From Acutalibacteraceae bacterium (GTDB taxonomy: Bacteria > Bacillota > Clostridia > Oscillospirales > Acutalibacteraceae): a stretch of DNA of 64,000 nucleotides. Position 1 is the first letter of the stretch. Every line of letters starts with the position of its first letter. The stretch covers positions 41,118 to 105,117 of the forward strand of contig JAZQPL010000072.1 of NCBI GenBank assembly GCA_045628495.1. Direction: 5' to 3'. Position numbers and translations under genes: made by a program. The notes under the pieces are model-generated. The model was not told where the DNA came from. It was given only the letters and a program-made list of their open reading frames with translations, and did no database searches. This document shows positions 53,768 to 63,123 of the stretch, one piece after another.

Positions 53768-54403
53768 TTACTTAAAAAGATTGATTATTGTTTTCCAAAG
53801 GGAGCTTACAGCCTGAGCAAAACTTTTTGCCCAACGAAGCAGGAAGAATTCTTCTTTTTTATTTTCGGGAGCCTCGGGTTTATCCGGCTCGGTGCTGCCG
53901 GGTTTTTCTTTATCTGTAATATCTATTGTGTAGGAATCATATTTGCTTGTATCTTCCGCAAGATAAACTTCAATAGTATTTTTGCCGATGAAAAATTCTT
54001 TTCCGCCTTTAGGTGCTGAAAGAATATTAGCGCTGTAATAGCCCGATTTCAGTTTTGTTTCTTTATATGTTATTTTGTTTTTCGTTCCGTCGCTGTATGA
54101 TACTTCTATAACAAGACCGGTCATGTCTATCATACCACGCTCACCGAAGGTTCCGCCGCCTGGATTATGGGTGAAGCTGATTTTTTTATTGCTTACAAGC
54201 GAACATTTACCGGGTTTGCTTTCGTCTGTAATCCATTCGCCGTAAACCCAGTCTGTGTTTTTATAAAAAACTGTTTTATCAGGAGCAGTTATAATTTTTA
54301 AGCTTGTAATTTTGCGTGATGCGGAAAAAGAATATGTACAGAAAAACACAGAAATCATAATAACACTCAGGAGAATTGCTGTTGCTTTTTTCAAAAATTT
54401 CAT
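53768..54403 (-). CDS. secreted paralog of the 52814-53746 N-domain, without dockerin
   Basis: AGGAGG lies 8 nt before ATG 54403. Shared blocks include LKII.AP.K.VFYK.TDW.YG.W.TDE, ISFTHNPGGG, GERGMIDM.GL and EVSYSDG. The C-terminal tail is short and amphipathic. Confidence 0.6.
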   Translation of the reverse strand: MKFLKKATAILLSVIMISVFFCTYSFSASRKITSLKIITAPDKTVFYKNTDWVYGEWITDESKPGKCSLVSNKKISFTHNPGGGTFGERGMIDMTGLVIEVSYSDGTKNKITYKETKLKSGYYSANILSAPKGGKEFFIGKNTIEVYLAEDTSKYDSYTIDITDKEKPGSTEPDKPEAPENKKEEFFLLRWAKSFAQAVSSLWKTIINLFK

Positions 54404-54470
54404 CTTATTTGCCTCCTGCAAATTTTTAAATAATTATATCATTTGCAGAAGGCAATGTCAAACAGTATAA

Positions 54471-55487
54471 TCAGTTTTTGATAAAAGTAATATTTCCGAA
54501 ACAGCATCTGTAAAATAAATCTCTGTCTTCCTCTGAAACGCAGGAGGCACTGTTGATAAATTCTTCTGTATTTAATGACAGATTTTTTACAGCGTAAGGT
54601 ATTGAAAGCGTTGCCTGAATTTTTCTTATTTCGTCAATTAAAGATTCCGATTTATTTTCATTTACCGGTGTCGGTTTCAATTCATCTGCAAGCAAGGTGA
54701 ATTTTTCAGTGTAATTATCATATAAAAACTGAGCAATCCCTGTAATACACACAGCAAGTATGCTTATTTTATTGTCATTCCACTTTGAAAAGAATTGCGC
54801 CGTTCTGTAAGAAACCGACTGCCAAGAATAATCGAAGCTGTTTAGGTATGAATTATATGCATGGAACAATGCGTTGCAAAGATTTTCTCTTGCGGAAATC
54901 TCCCCACGGTATGCCGGCATGATATGCTTTATTATTTCACAAAAAGCTTTTTTGCCTGTTTCGCTGATGAATCTGTCAGGGCACATAATATACGCTTCAA
55001 GGGCAAGGCAGGCTGTACCAAGTGCATTATAAGCAATTTCGGCTGAATCTGTAAGGTTGATAAAGGACGGGTCAATAATAACTTTATCAGGTGATTTTCT
55101 GTAAAGAAAAGAATCAAGAGTATCATAGTCACTCAGACTTCCGGGAAGGTTTTCAACAATGCAGATAAGCGCAACATCACAGATTGAAGAAAGTGCTTTG
55201 CCGCAGTCAAGAATTTTTCCGTCGCCTATTGCAATTATTCTTTCGACTGAATTTGCTTTAAGATATGCTTTGCCTTTTTCAAAGACTTCATTTGCATTTT
55301 CTGAAATAATAATTTCATTTCTTGTAAAAACAGAATCAAATTTTCTTTTTATTTTTAACAGCGTGCCGGTTCTTTGAGATAATTTATTATCTGAAATAAT
55401 CAGTACGCTTTCATAATCTTCGTCAAACAGTTTTTCAAGTGAATCCATTCCGCATATCAGAATTTGCGGAAATTGATATACTGACAT
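54471..55487 (-). CDS. divergent iron-containing alcohol dehydrogenase-fold protein (probably non-canonical)
   Basis: IAIGDGKILDCGKAL resembles the GGGS..D.AK nucleotide loop. The region aligned with the D-A-L-T-H-A-I-E-A-Y metal-site helix reads GTACLALEAYI, so the ligands appear missing. ATG 55487 follows GAGGAGTG. Confidence 0.4.
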   Translation of the reverse strand: MSVYQFPQILICGMDSLEKLFDEDYESVLIISDNKLSQRTGTLLKIKRKFDSVFTRNEIIISENANEVFEKGKAYLKANSVERIIAIGDGKILDCGKALSSICDVALICIVENLPGSLSDYDTLDSFLYRKSPDKVIIDPSFINLTDSAEIAYNALGTACLALEAYIMCPDRFISETGKKAFCEIIKHIMPAYRGEISARENLCNALFHAYNSYLNSFDYSWQSVSYRTAQFFSKWNDNKISILAVCITGIAQFLYDNYTEKFTLLADELKPTPVNENKSESLIDEIRKIQATLSIPYAVKNLSLNTEEFINSASCVSEEDRDLFYRCCFGNITFIKN

Positions 55488-55692
55488 AATATCACTCCTC
55501 AACACTATTTTTTTCTGATTTTTAAATAATAAACCGTATAAAATATTGTAAACAGACAGCAAAGTATTTATGTATTTGTTTTTTTATTTTTCCATTGTTT
55601 AACAGCTTATTTTTGTGCAATTTTCTATTGCATTATTTGCAAATATAATGTATAATAAATCAGTTATCTGTTTAAAAAGAGAGGTGTCGCTT

Positions 55693-57126
55693 TTGAGCGA
55701 TAAAAGGACAGTGAAAAGTTTCCTTGTACCTAAAGAGGAAATCAAAAAACAAATGGAGTATTCATCACTTGCAAGTGCTGTTATCGGCGCCAAATATTGC
55801 GGAAGACAGCCTCTTGCATTTGTGCATACATACGGCTGTCAGGGTAATGTTTCAGACGGTGAAAGAATCAAGGGACTGCTTGAAAAATGCGGATACGGTT
55901 TTACAGATGATGTTAATAATGCGGATTTGGTTCTTTACAACACCTGCGCTATCAGAGAACACGCAGAAGACAGAATATACGGCAATGTGGGCGCATTGAA
56001 AAACATAAAAAAAGGCAGACCGGATATGATAATAGCATTGTGCGGATGTATGATGCAGCAGGAAAAGGTTTCTCAGAAAATCAAAAAAAGTTATCCTTTT
56101 GTAAATCTGGTTTTCGGTACTCATGTTATTCATAAACTGCCGGAGCTTCTGTATAATGTTCTTCGTTCAGGTAAAAGAGTTATATGCAATCCTGACAGTG
56201 AAGGAGTTATTGCAGAGGACCTTCCCGTTCACCGTGACGGCGCAATCAAAGGCTGGCTGCCGATTATGTACGGATGCAATAATTTTTGCAGTTACTGTAT
56301 TGTTCCGTATGTACGAGGGCGTGAAAGAAGCCGTGAGCCCGAAGAAATAATCAAAGAGGCAAAGGAACTGATTGAAAACGGGTGTAAAGATATTACGCTT
56401 CTGGGTCAGAATGTTAATTCGTACGGCAAAACTCTGGACAGAGATATTAACTTTGCAAAGCTGCTGAAAATGATAAACGATTTGCCCGGGGATTTTATAA
56501 TCAGATTTATGACTTCTCATCCCAAAGACTGCACTGAGGAATTGCTTGATACTATGTCCCGGTGCGAAAAAGCGGCAAGACATTTTCATTTGCCGTTCCA
56601 GAGCGGAAACAACCGTGTTCTTAAAGAAATGAACAGAGGGTACACAAAAGAAAAGTATCTTTCACTTGTGGAATACGCAAGAAAAGTTATGCCGGATATA
56701 TCTCTTACAAGTGATATTATTGTAGGCTTCCCCGGTGAAACATACGAAGAATTTAAGGATACCCTTGATTTAATATCAAAAGCGAAATTCACTTCACTTT
56801 ATACATTCATTTTTTCGCCCCGTGACGGAACAAAAGCCGCAAAAATGCCTGACCCTGTTTCAAGAGAGGAAAAAGGAAGATGGTTCAAAGAACTTTGCGA
56901 TTTGCAGGAATCTATTGCGGGAGAAAGAACCGCCGCAATGAAAGGTCAAACTTACAGAGTGCTTTGCGAGGGATATGCCCGTGAAGGAGTTTACAACGGC
57001 AGAACAGGCGGAAATGTTATGATAGAATTTCCCGATACAGACGGGGGCGAGTCGCTCGGCAAATTCTGCACGGTTAAGGTTACAGAGCCTTTGACATGGA
57101 TTGTCAGAGGAGAAATTGAAAAATAA
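55693..57126 (+). CDS. miaB: tRNA (i6A37) methylthiotransferase MiaB
   Basis: UPF0004 N-domain (HTYGCQGNVSD) followed by the radical SAM motif (GCNNFCSYCIVP) and a TRAM domain. TTG start follows AGAGAGGTG. Confidence 0.9.
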   Translation: MSDKRTVKSFLVPKEEIKKQMEYSSLASAVIGAKYCGRQPLAFVHTYGCQGNVSDGERIKGLLEKCGYGFTDDVNNADLVLYNTCAIREHAEDRIYGNVGALKNIKKGRPDMIIALCGCMMQQEKVSQKIKKSYPFVNLVFGTHVIHKLPELLYNVLRSGKRVICNPDSEGVIAEDLPVHRDGAIKGWLPIMYGCNNFCSYCIVPYVRGRERSREPEEIIKEAKELIENGCKDITLLGQNVNSYGKTLDRDINFAKLLKMINDLPGDFIIRFMTSHPKDCTEELLDTMSRCEKAARHFHLPFQSGNNRVLKEMNRGYTKEKYLSLVEYARKVMPDISLTSDIIVGFPGETYEEFKDTLDLISKAKFTSLYTFIFSPRDGTKAAKMPDPVSREEKGRWFKELCDLQESIAGERTAAMKGQTYRVLCEGYAREGVYNGRTGGNVMIEFPDTDGGESLGKFCTVKVTEPLTWIVRGEIEK

Positions 57127-57145
57127 ATTTACAGGAGAAATAAAA

Positions 57146-57556
57146 ATGGACATTATTGAACTTACAAGACAGCTCGGTGCTGCAATTCAGAAGGAAGAAG
57201 CTTATATTGCTTTTCATAAAGCAAAGGATATAAATGAGCAGGATGACGCTCTTAACGAGCTTATAAATAAAATTCAGCTTATTCATATGTCATATCAGCA
57301 CGAAGCTGCAAAAGATGATGCAAATGAGGAAAAGCTTCAGGCATACGATAAAGAATTCAGCGAAGTTTACAAGCAGGTTATGGCGAACCCCAATATGCAG
57401 AATTTTGAAAAAGCAAAAGACGGACTTGACCAGCTTATGAAGAGAATAACAGGCATTCTTTCACTTTGCGCTCAGGGTGAGGACCCTGAAAAATGCGAAT
57501 ATCAGCCCTCATGTTCGGGCGACTGTTCTTCTTGCTCAGGTTGTTCAGATAAATAA
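57146..57556 (+). CDS. YlbF/YmcA-family protein with Cys-rich C-terminal tail
   Basis: DIIELTRQLGAAIQKEEAYIAFHKAK is a typical YlbF-family opening. The C-terminus is CEYQPSCSGDCSSCSGCSDK. AGGAGA RBS. Confidence 0.65.
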   Translation: MDIIELTRQLGAAIQKEEAYIAFHKAKDINEQDDALNELINKIQLIHMSYQHEAAKDDANEEKLQAYDKEFSEVYKQVMANPNMQNFEKAKDGLDQLMKRITGILSLCAQGEDPEKCEYQPSCSGDCSSCSGCSDK

Positions 57557-57581
57557 TTATTTTCCCGGGAAGTGTAAATAA

Positions 57582-60200
57582 ATGGCTGAAATGACGCCCA
57601 TGATGCGGCAATATCTCGAAACGAAAAAAGAATATTCCGATACAATTCTGATGTACCGCTTAGGCGATTTTTATGAAATGTTTTTTGAAGATGCAAAAGT
57701 TGCTTCCCGTGAGCTGGAGCTTGTTCTGACGGGCAGAGATTGCGGTCAGGCGGAAAGAGCGCCTATGTGCGGTGTGCCGTTTCACAGTGCTGACGGATAT
57801 ATTGCACGGCTTGTTGCAAAAGGGTATAAGGTCGCAATCTGCGAACAGATGGAGGACCCGGCAACAGCTAAGGGAATAGTAAAACGAGAAGTTATCAGAG
57901 TTGTTACTCCGGGTACGGTTATTGAAAGCAATATGCTCGATGAAGCCAAAAACAATTACCTTGCCTGTATTGTTGTTAATTCAGACAGAGCGGGAATTTG
58001 TTTTTCGGATGTTTCAACCGGTACTGTTAACCTTACATTTATTGAATCAAAAGATGTTCAGACAAAAATAATAAATGAGCTTGGCAAGTATATGCCTTCT
58101 GAAATACTGTATTCTTCCCAGACGGTAAAGCTTGCAAAATTGGGAGAATTTATTAAAAACAGGCTTAATTGCATGGCCGATTCTATTGATGACGAATCTC
58201 TTGATTATGAAAAAAATCTTCAGCTTGTTCTTAATCATTTCAATGTTTCCGATATTGATACGCTGGGTGTTTCCGGTGAAGAGGCTGTCTGCGCATTGGG
58301 AATAACACTCAGATATCTTGCAGAGGTTCAGAAAAGCGCAGTGGGAAATATTCGTTCAGTTGATTTTTACAGTGAATCCCGTTTTATGAAAATTGATGTT
58401 TCCTCAAGGCGAAACCTTGAACTTACGGAAACTATGCGCAACCGTGAAAAACGGGGCACACTTCTGTGGGTGCTTGACAAAACTAAAACAGCAATGGGCA
58501 AAAGACTTATTCGTTCATGGCTGGAACAGCCGCTTGTCAGCCTGCCGAGGATAGAAAAAAGACATTTTGCCGTAGGTGAACTGATTGAAAATCCCATAGA
58601 GCTTGATGCGTTTATTGCTTCTTTGAGCGGTATAGTTGATATGGAGCGGCTTATGGCAAGAATAATGTATGAAACTGCCAACGCAAAAGAACTCCGCTCA
58701 TTGTGTTATACAATAAAAAACATTCAGCCTGTAAAAGAAACTCTTAAAAAGTTTAACTGTGAGCTTCTCAGTGAGCTTGAAAGTTCCCTTGATACTCTTT
58801 CAGATGTGGAACAGCTTATTGAAAATTCGATTTGCGAAGAACCGCCTTTTACAGTTCGTGAAGGCGGAATGATTAAAGACGGATTTAACACAGAGCTTGA
58901 TTCTCTGCGTGATATTGTTGTAAACGGCAAAGGATATATTGCTCAGGTTCAGATGGACGAGCAGGAAAAAACAGGAATAAAAAAGCTGAAAATCGGTTAT
59001 AACAGGGTTTTCGGTTATTATATAGAAGTTCCTAATTCATTTAAGGAGCTTGTTCCTGAGGAATACATAAGAAAACAGACACTTGCAAATTGCGAAAGAT
59101 ATATAACACAGGAGCTTAAAGAGCTTGAATCAAAAGTTCTTGGAGCTCAGGAAAGAATAGTAAAGCTGGAATACGAAATTTTTTCAACTGTTCGCAGTAA
59201 AATTGCCGATGAGTTTTACAGGATACAGAAAACGGCTTCTGCCGTTGCTGCGGTTGATGCTTTGTGTTCATTTGCAGTTGTATCATCAAATAACGGGTAT
59301 GTTTGCCCGGTTATGACGGAAAAATCACTGATAAATATTAAAGACGGAAGACATCCGGTTGTTGAAAAAATGCTTACGGATTCACCGTTTGTACCTAACG
59401 ATACCTTGCTTGACTGCGATGAAAACCGGTGTGCGATTATCACAGGCCCGAATATGGCAGGTAAATCAACATATATGCGTCAGGTTGCGCTTATTGTGCT
59501 TATGGCTCAGTGCGGATGTTTCGTGCCGGCATCAAGTGCGGAAATCGGAATTACGGACAGTATTTTCACAAGAGTCGGTGCTTCTGATGACCTTGCTTCA
59601 GGCCAGTCCACATTTATGGTTGAAATGAGTGAGGTTGCCAATATACTGAAAAATGCCACCCCGAAAAGTCTTTTGATTTTTGATGAAATAGGAAGAGGAA
59701 CTTCAACTTTTGACGGAATGAGCATTGCAAGAGCTGTGCTTGAACACACGGCAGATAAAAAAAGACTGGGTGCAAAAACACTTTTTGCTACTCATTATCA
59801 TGAGCTTACTGAGCTTGAAAATAAAATTGACGGGGTTAAAAACTATAATATTGCGGTTAAAAAACGGGGGGATGATATTACATTCCTTCGTAGAATTGTA
59901 AGAGGCGGTGCGGACGGGAGCTACGGCATAGAGGTTGCAAAGCTTGCAGGCGTTCCCAATTCAGTTGTGAACCGTGCAAGAGCCGTGCTTAAAGAGCTTG
60001 AAGAAAACTCGGCTCCTGTTAATATGAGTGCTGTTTCAGCTCCGAAAGAAAGCGAAGAAAATTTAATGCAGATTTCTTTCACAAGCGGAGCACACGAAGA
60101 AATAGTGGAAAAACTAAAAAGAACAGATGTTAACACGCTTACACCTATTGAAGCTATGCAAAAGCTTTATGAGCTTGTAAGCGATGCACAGAAGATATGA
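57582..60200 (+). CDS. mutS: DNA mismatch repair protein MutS
   Basis: TPMMRQYLETKKEYSDTILMYRLGDFYEMFFEDA, Walker A GPNMAGKST, then STFMVEM and DEIGRGTST. Confidence 0.97.
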   Translation: MAEMTPMMRQYLETKKEYSDTILMYRLGDFYEMFFEDAKVASRELELVLTGRDCGQAERAPMCGVPFHSADGYIARLVAKGYKVAICEQMEDPATAKGIVKREVIRVVTPGTVIESNMLDEAKNNYLACIVVNSDRAGICFSDVSTGTVNLTFIESKDVQTKIINELGKYMPSEILYSSQTVKLAKLGEFIKNRLNCMADSIDDESLDYEKNLQLVLNHFNVSDIDTLGVSGEEAVCALGITLRYLAEVQKSAVGNIRSVDFYSESRFMKIDVSSRRNLELTETMRNREKRGTLLWVLDKTKTAMGKRLIRSWLEQPLVSLPRIEKRHFAVGELIENPIELDAFIASLSGIVDMERLMARIMYETANAKELRSLCYTIKNIQPVKETLKKFNCELLSELESSLDTLSDVEQLIENSICEEPPFTVREGGMIKDGFNTELDSLRDIVVNGKGYIAQVQMDEQEKTGIKKLKIGYNRVFGYYIEVPNSFKELVPEEYIRKQTLANCERYITQELKELESKVLGAQERIVKLEYEIFSTVRSKIADEFYRIQKTASAVAAVDALCSFAVVSSNNGYVCPVMTEKSLINIKDGRHPVVEKMLTDSPFVPNDTLLDCDENRCAIITGPNMAGKSTYMRQVALIVLMAQCGCFVPASSAEIGITDSIFTRVGASDDLASGQSTFMVEMSEVANILKNATPKSLLIFDEIGRGTSTFDGMSIARAVLEHTADKKRLGAKTLFATHYHELTELENKIDGVKNYNIAVKKRGDDITFLRRIVRGGADGSYGIEVAKLAGVPNSVVNRARAVLKELEENSAPVNMSAVSAPKESEENLMQISFTSGAHEEIVEKLKRTDVNTLTPIEAMQKLYELVSDAQKI

Positions 60201-60215
60201 TCGGGAGGTGATTCC

Positions 60216-62156
60216 GTGCCTGAAATAAATATTCTTGATAAACATGTTGCGGAGCTTATTGCCGCAGGCGAGGTGGTTGAAAGACCGGCTTCTGTTGTAA
60301 AAGAGCTTATGGAAAATTCAATAGACGCAGGTTCTTCAAGTATTACTGTGGAAATAAAACGAGGCGGAGTCACCTATATCAGAATTACCGATAACGGATG
60401 CGGTATAGATCGCAGTAACATTAAAAAAGCTTTTATCAGTCATGCAACAAGTAAAATATCAAAAGCAGATGACCTTGATTCTATATTTACATTGGGATTC
60501 AGGGGGGAAGCCCTTGCATCTGTTGCCGCAGTTTCCAGAGTTGAGATTATGACAAGGGCGGAAAATGAAGATGCAGGCACAAGATACTGCATTGAGGGCG
60601 GAGAGGAAACGCTCCTGAATGATGCCGGGTGTCCTGAAGGAACTACAATAATTGTAAGAGATATTTTCTACAATACTCCTGCAAGAATGAAGTTCCTTAA
60701 AAAAGATGTTACAGAAGGAAATGCTGTTGCGGGCGTTGTAGACAGAATTGCACTTTCTCATCCTGAAATCTGTGTCAGATTTATTCGTGACGGCAAAGAG
60801 GTTCTTGTAACAAACGGCGACGGGAATATGAAAAATACAATCTTTTCAGTGTTCGGCAGAGATTTTTCACAGTCTTTAATTCCGTGCAGTTACGAATTAA
60901 ACGGAATTAAAATCAGCGGATTTGTTACGAAACCCGTTAATTCAAGACCGAACAGAACAATGCAGTTCTTTTTCCTGAACGGAAGGCTTATAAAAACAAG
61001 AACAGGTACTGCGGCTCTTGAAGCAGCCTATAAAAATTCCATTATGACAGGGAAATTTCCTGCCTGCGTATTAAATATTCAGTTGCCTGCGGGAGCAGTT
61101 GATGTTAATGTTCATCCTGCAAAAACGGAAGTCAGATTTGCGGATGAAAAAAAGGTGTTCGATGCAATATATTACGGCACAAAGCTTGCTGTTGAAGAAA
61201 ATGATACAAGACCGAAAATGAGTTTTGAATCAAAGTCAAAGATTATTATTAATTCACAGCAGATGCCGCAGACGGTTAAAGCAGAACAAATAAGATTTAA
61301 TCAAAGCGTTGCCGAATTTAATGAAACAAAAAAGCCGGTTGAAAAAAGTTTTGAACCGGACATTTCCGTAAAAAAAGAATCGGCCTTTTTCACTGATGAA
61401 AAAGCAACGGTTAAAGTTAAAAATGAACCGGTTGTATTCAGGTCTGACAACAGCCGGATAAAAGAAGAATTTATTCAGAGTGATGAAGATATTCTTCTCA
61501 ACAATTCTGCCGCTGTTCCTGAAAAGAAAGAAAAGAAAGAATCAGAATACAAGCCGGAGCCTGTTGCTGAATACAAAACTTATCAGGAACCGTTCAGAGT
61601 GATAGGGGAGGCATTCAAAACATATATTCTCGTAGAGCAGGGGAATAAAATACTTGTTATTGATAAACACGCCGCTCACGAAAGAATGATTTTTAATTCT
61701 CTTAAAAACAATGAAGACTCTGTTGAAAGTCAGTTGCTTATTACACCTGTTACCGTCACTTTAAGTAAAGAGGAGTACGATGCGATAACTGACAACCTTG
61801 AGATTTTGTCAAAAGCAGGGTACGAGGTTGAAGACTTCGGGCAGGGTATGGTGATTGTTACAGAATGTCCCGCTTACCTGGAAGCAGGGGATATTCCCGA
61901 TGTTATCAGTGAGCTTGCTTGTTATCTTGCAGATAATAAGCGTGATATTATTACCGAAAAGCTTGATTGGATTTATCACTCAACTGCTTGCAGAGCCGCC
62001 ATAAAAGCCGGGGATAATACAACCGGTTATGAGCTTGAAAAATTTACAGAAAAGCTGTTAAATGACAAAAATGTCAGGTACTGTCCTCACGGAAGGCCTG
62101 TTTTAATAGAAATGAGTAAAAAAGAAATAGAAAAAAGTTTCGGAAGAATACAATAA
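60216..62156 (+). CDS. mutL: DNA mismatch repair protein MutL
   Basis: IAAGEVVERPASVVKELMENSIDAG is the GHKL ATPase motif, followed by GFRGEALASV. The C-terminal dimerisation domain carries CPHGRP. GTG start follows GGGAGGTG. Confidence 0.95.
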   Translation: MPEINILDKHVAELIAAGEVVERPASVVKELMENSIDAGSSSITVEIKRGGVTYIRITDNGCGIDRSNIKKAFISHATSKISKADDLDSIFTLGFRGEALASVAAVSRVEIMTRAENEDAGTRYCIEGGEETLLNDAGCPEGTTIIVRDIFYNTPARMKFLKKDVTEGNAVAGVVDRIALSHPEICVRFIRDGKEVLVTNGDGNMKNTIFSVFGRDFSQSLIPCSYELNGIKISGFVTKPVNSRPNRTMQFFFLNGRLIKTRTGTAALEAAYKNSIMTGKFPACVLNIQLPAGAVDVNVHPAKTEVRFADEKKVFDAIYYGTKLAVEENDTRPKMSFESKSKIIINSQQMPQTVKAEQIRFNQSVAEFNETKKPVEKSFEPDISVKKESAFFTDEKATVKVKNEPVVFRSDNSRIKEEFIQSDEDILLNNSAAVPEKKEKKESEYKPEPVAEYKTYQEPFRVIGEAFKTYILVEQGNKILVIDKHAAHERMIFNSLKNNEDSVESQLLITPVTVTLSKEEYDAITDNLEILSKAGYEVEDFGQGMVIVTECPAYLEAGDIPDVISELACYLADNKRDIITEKLDWIYHSTACRAAIKAGDNTTGYELEKFTEKLLNDKNVRYCPHGRPVLIEMSKKEIEKSFGRIQ

Positions 62157-62178
62157 ATTGTATCAGGAGGTCCTCAAT

Positions 62179-63123
62179 ATGAACAAAATACCCCTTATTG
62201 TTATTGCGGGACCTACAGCTTCCGGGAAAACAGGACTCGGGGTTGAAATATGCAGACGAATAAACGGTGAGGTTGTTTCCGCTGATTCAATGCAGATTTA
62301 CAAAGGTATGGATATAGCCACGGCTAAGCCTTCAAAGGAAGAGATGCAGGGCATCCGCCATTATCTGATTGATATTGTTTATCCTGAAGAAAGTTTTTCA
62401 GTTGCTGATTTTAAAACACTTGCTCAGGAAAAAATAAAGGAAATATATTCAGAAGGCAAAATCCCCGTAGTAGTGGGGGGCACAGGTCTTTATATCGATT
62501 CTCTTGTAAACAATATTACATTGAGCGACAGTTCAACAGATGAAAAAATCAGGCAGAGTCTTTATAAAAGAGCCGAAAAAGAGGGCGCTTCCGTACTTCT
62601 TGAAGAAGTAAGAAAAATTGACCCGGAGTATGCACAGAAACTTCACGAAAACAATCTGAAAAGGATTATCAGAGCATTGGAGCTTTGGGAAACTTCTCAC
62701 ATTACAATGACTCAGCAAATCAAGAATTCCAGACTTGTACCGTCGGAATACAATGTGTGCTATATTGTGCTTGATACAGAAAACAGGGAATATCTTTATG
62801 AAAGAATAAACCGCAGAGTAGATATGATGATAAGTGCGGGACTTTTGCATGAGGCGGAGCAATACCGCTTTTCATGCGGAAAAACATCTGCTCAGGCAAT
62901 AGGTTACAAAGAGCTTGAGCCTTATTTTAATAATGAAAAGTCCCTTGAAGAAGCGGTTGAATCGTTAAAGCAAAGCACACGGCGCTATGCCAAAAGGCAG
63001 ATGACATGGTTCAGGCGGAATGACACAGCGAAAAGGATTTATATTGAAAACTATGCTTCACTGAAGGAAATGGCGGATGAAGCAATGATAATAATAGAAA
63101 AATCAGGAGTAACGGAGGGATAA
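62179..63123 (+). CDS. miaA: tRNA dimethylallyltransferase MiaA
   Basis: LIVIAGPTASGKT, SADSMQIYKGMDIATAKP and YAKRQMTWF. AGGAGG lies 8 nt before ATG 62179. Confidence 0.93.
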   Translation: MNKIPLIVIAGPTASGKTGLGVEICRRINGEVVSADSMQIYKGMDIATAKPSKEEMQGIRHYLIDIVYPEESFSVADFKTLAQEKIKEIYSEGKIPVVVGGTGLYIDSLVNNITLSDSSTDEKIRQSLYKRAEKEGASVLLEEVRKIDPEYAQKLHENNLKRIIRALELWETSHITMTQQIKNSRLVPSEYNVCYIVLDTENREYLYERINRRVDMMISAGLLHEAEQYRFSCGKTSAQAIGYKELEPYFNNEKSLEEAVESLKQSTRRYAKRQMTWFRRNDTAKRIYIENYASLKEMADEAMIIIEKSGVTEG

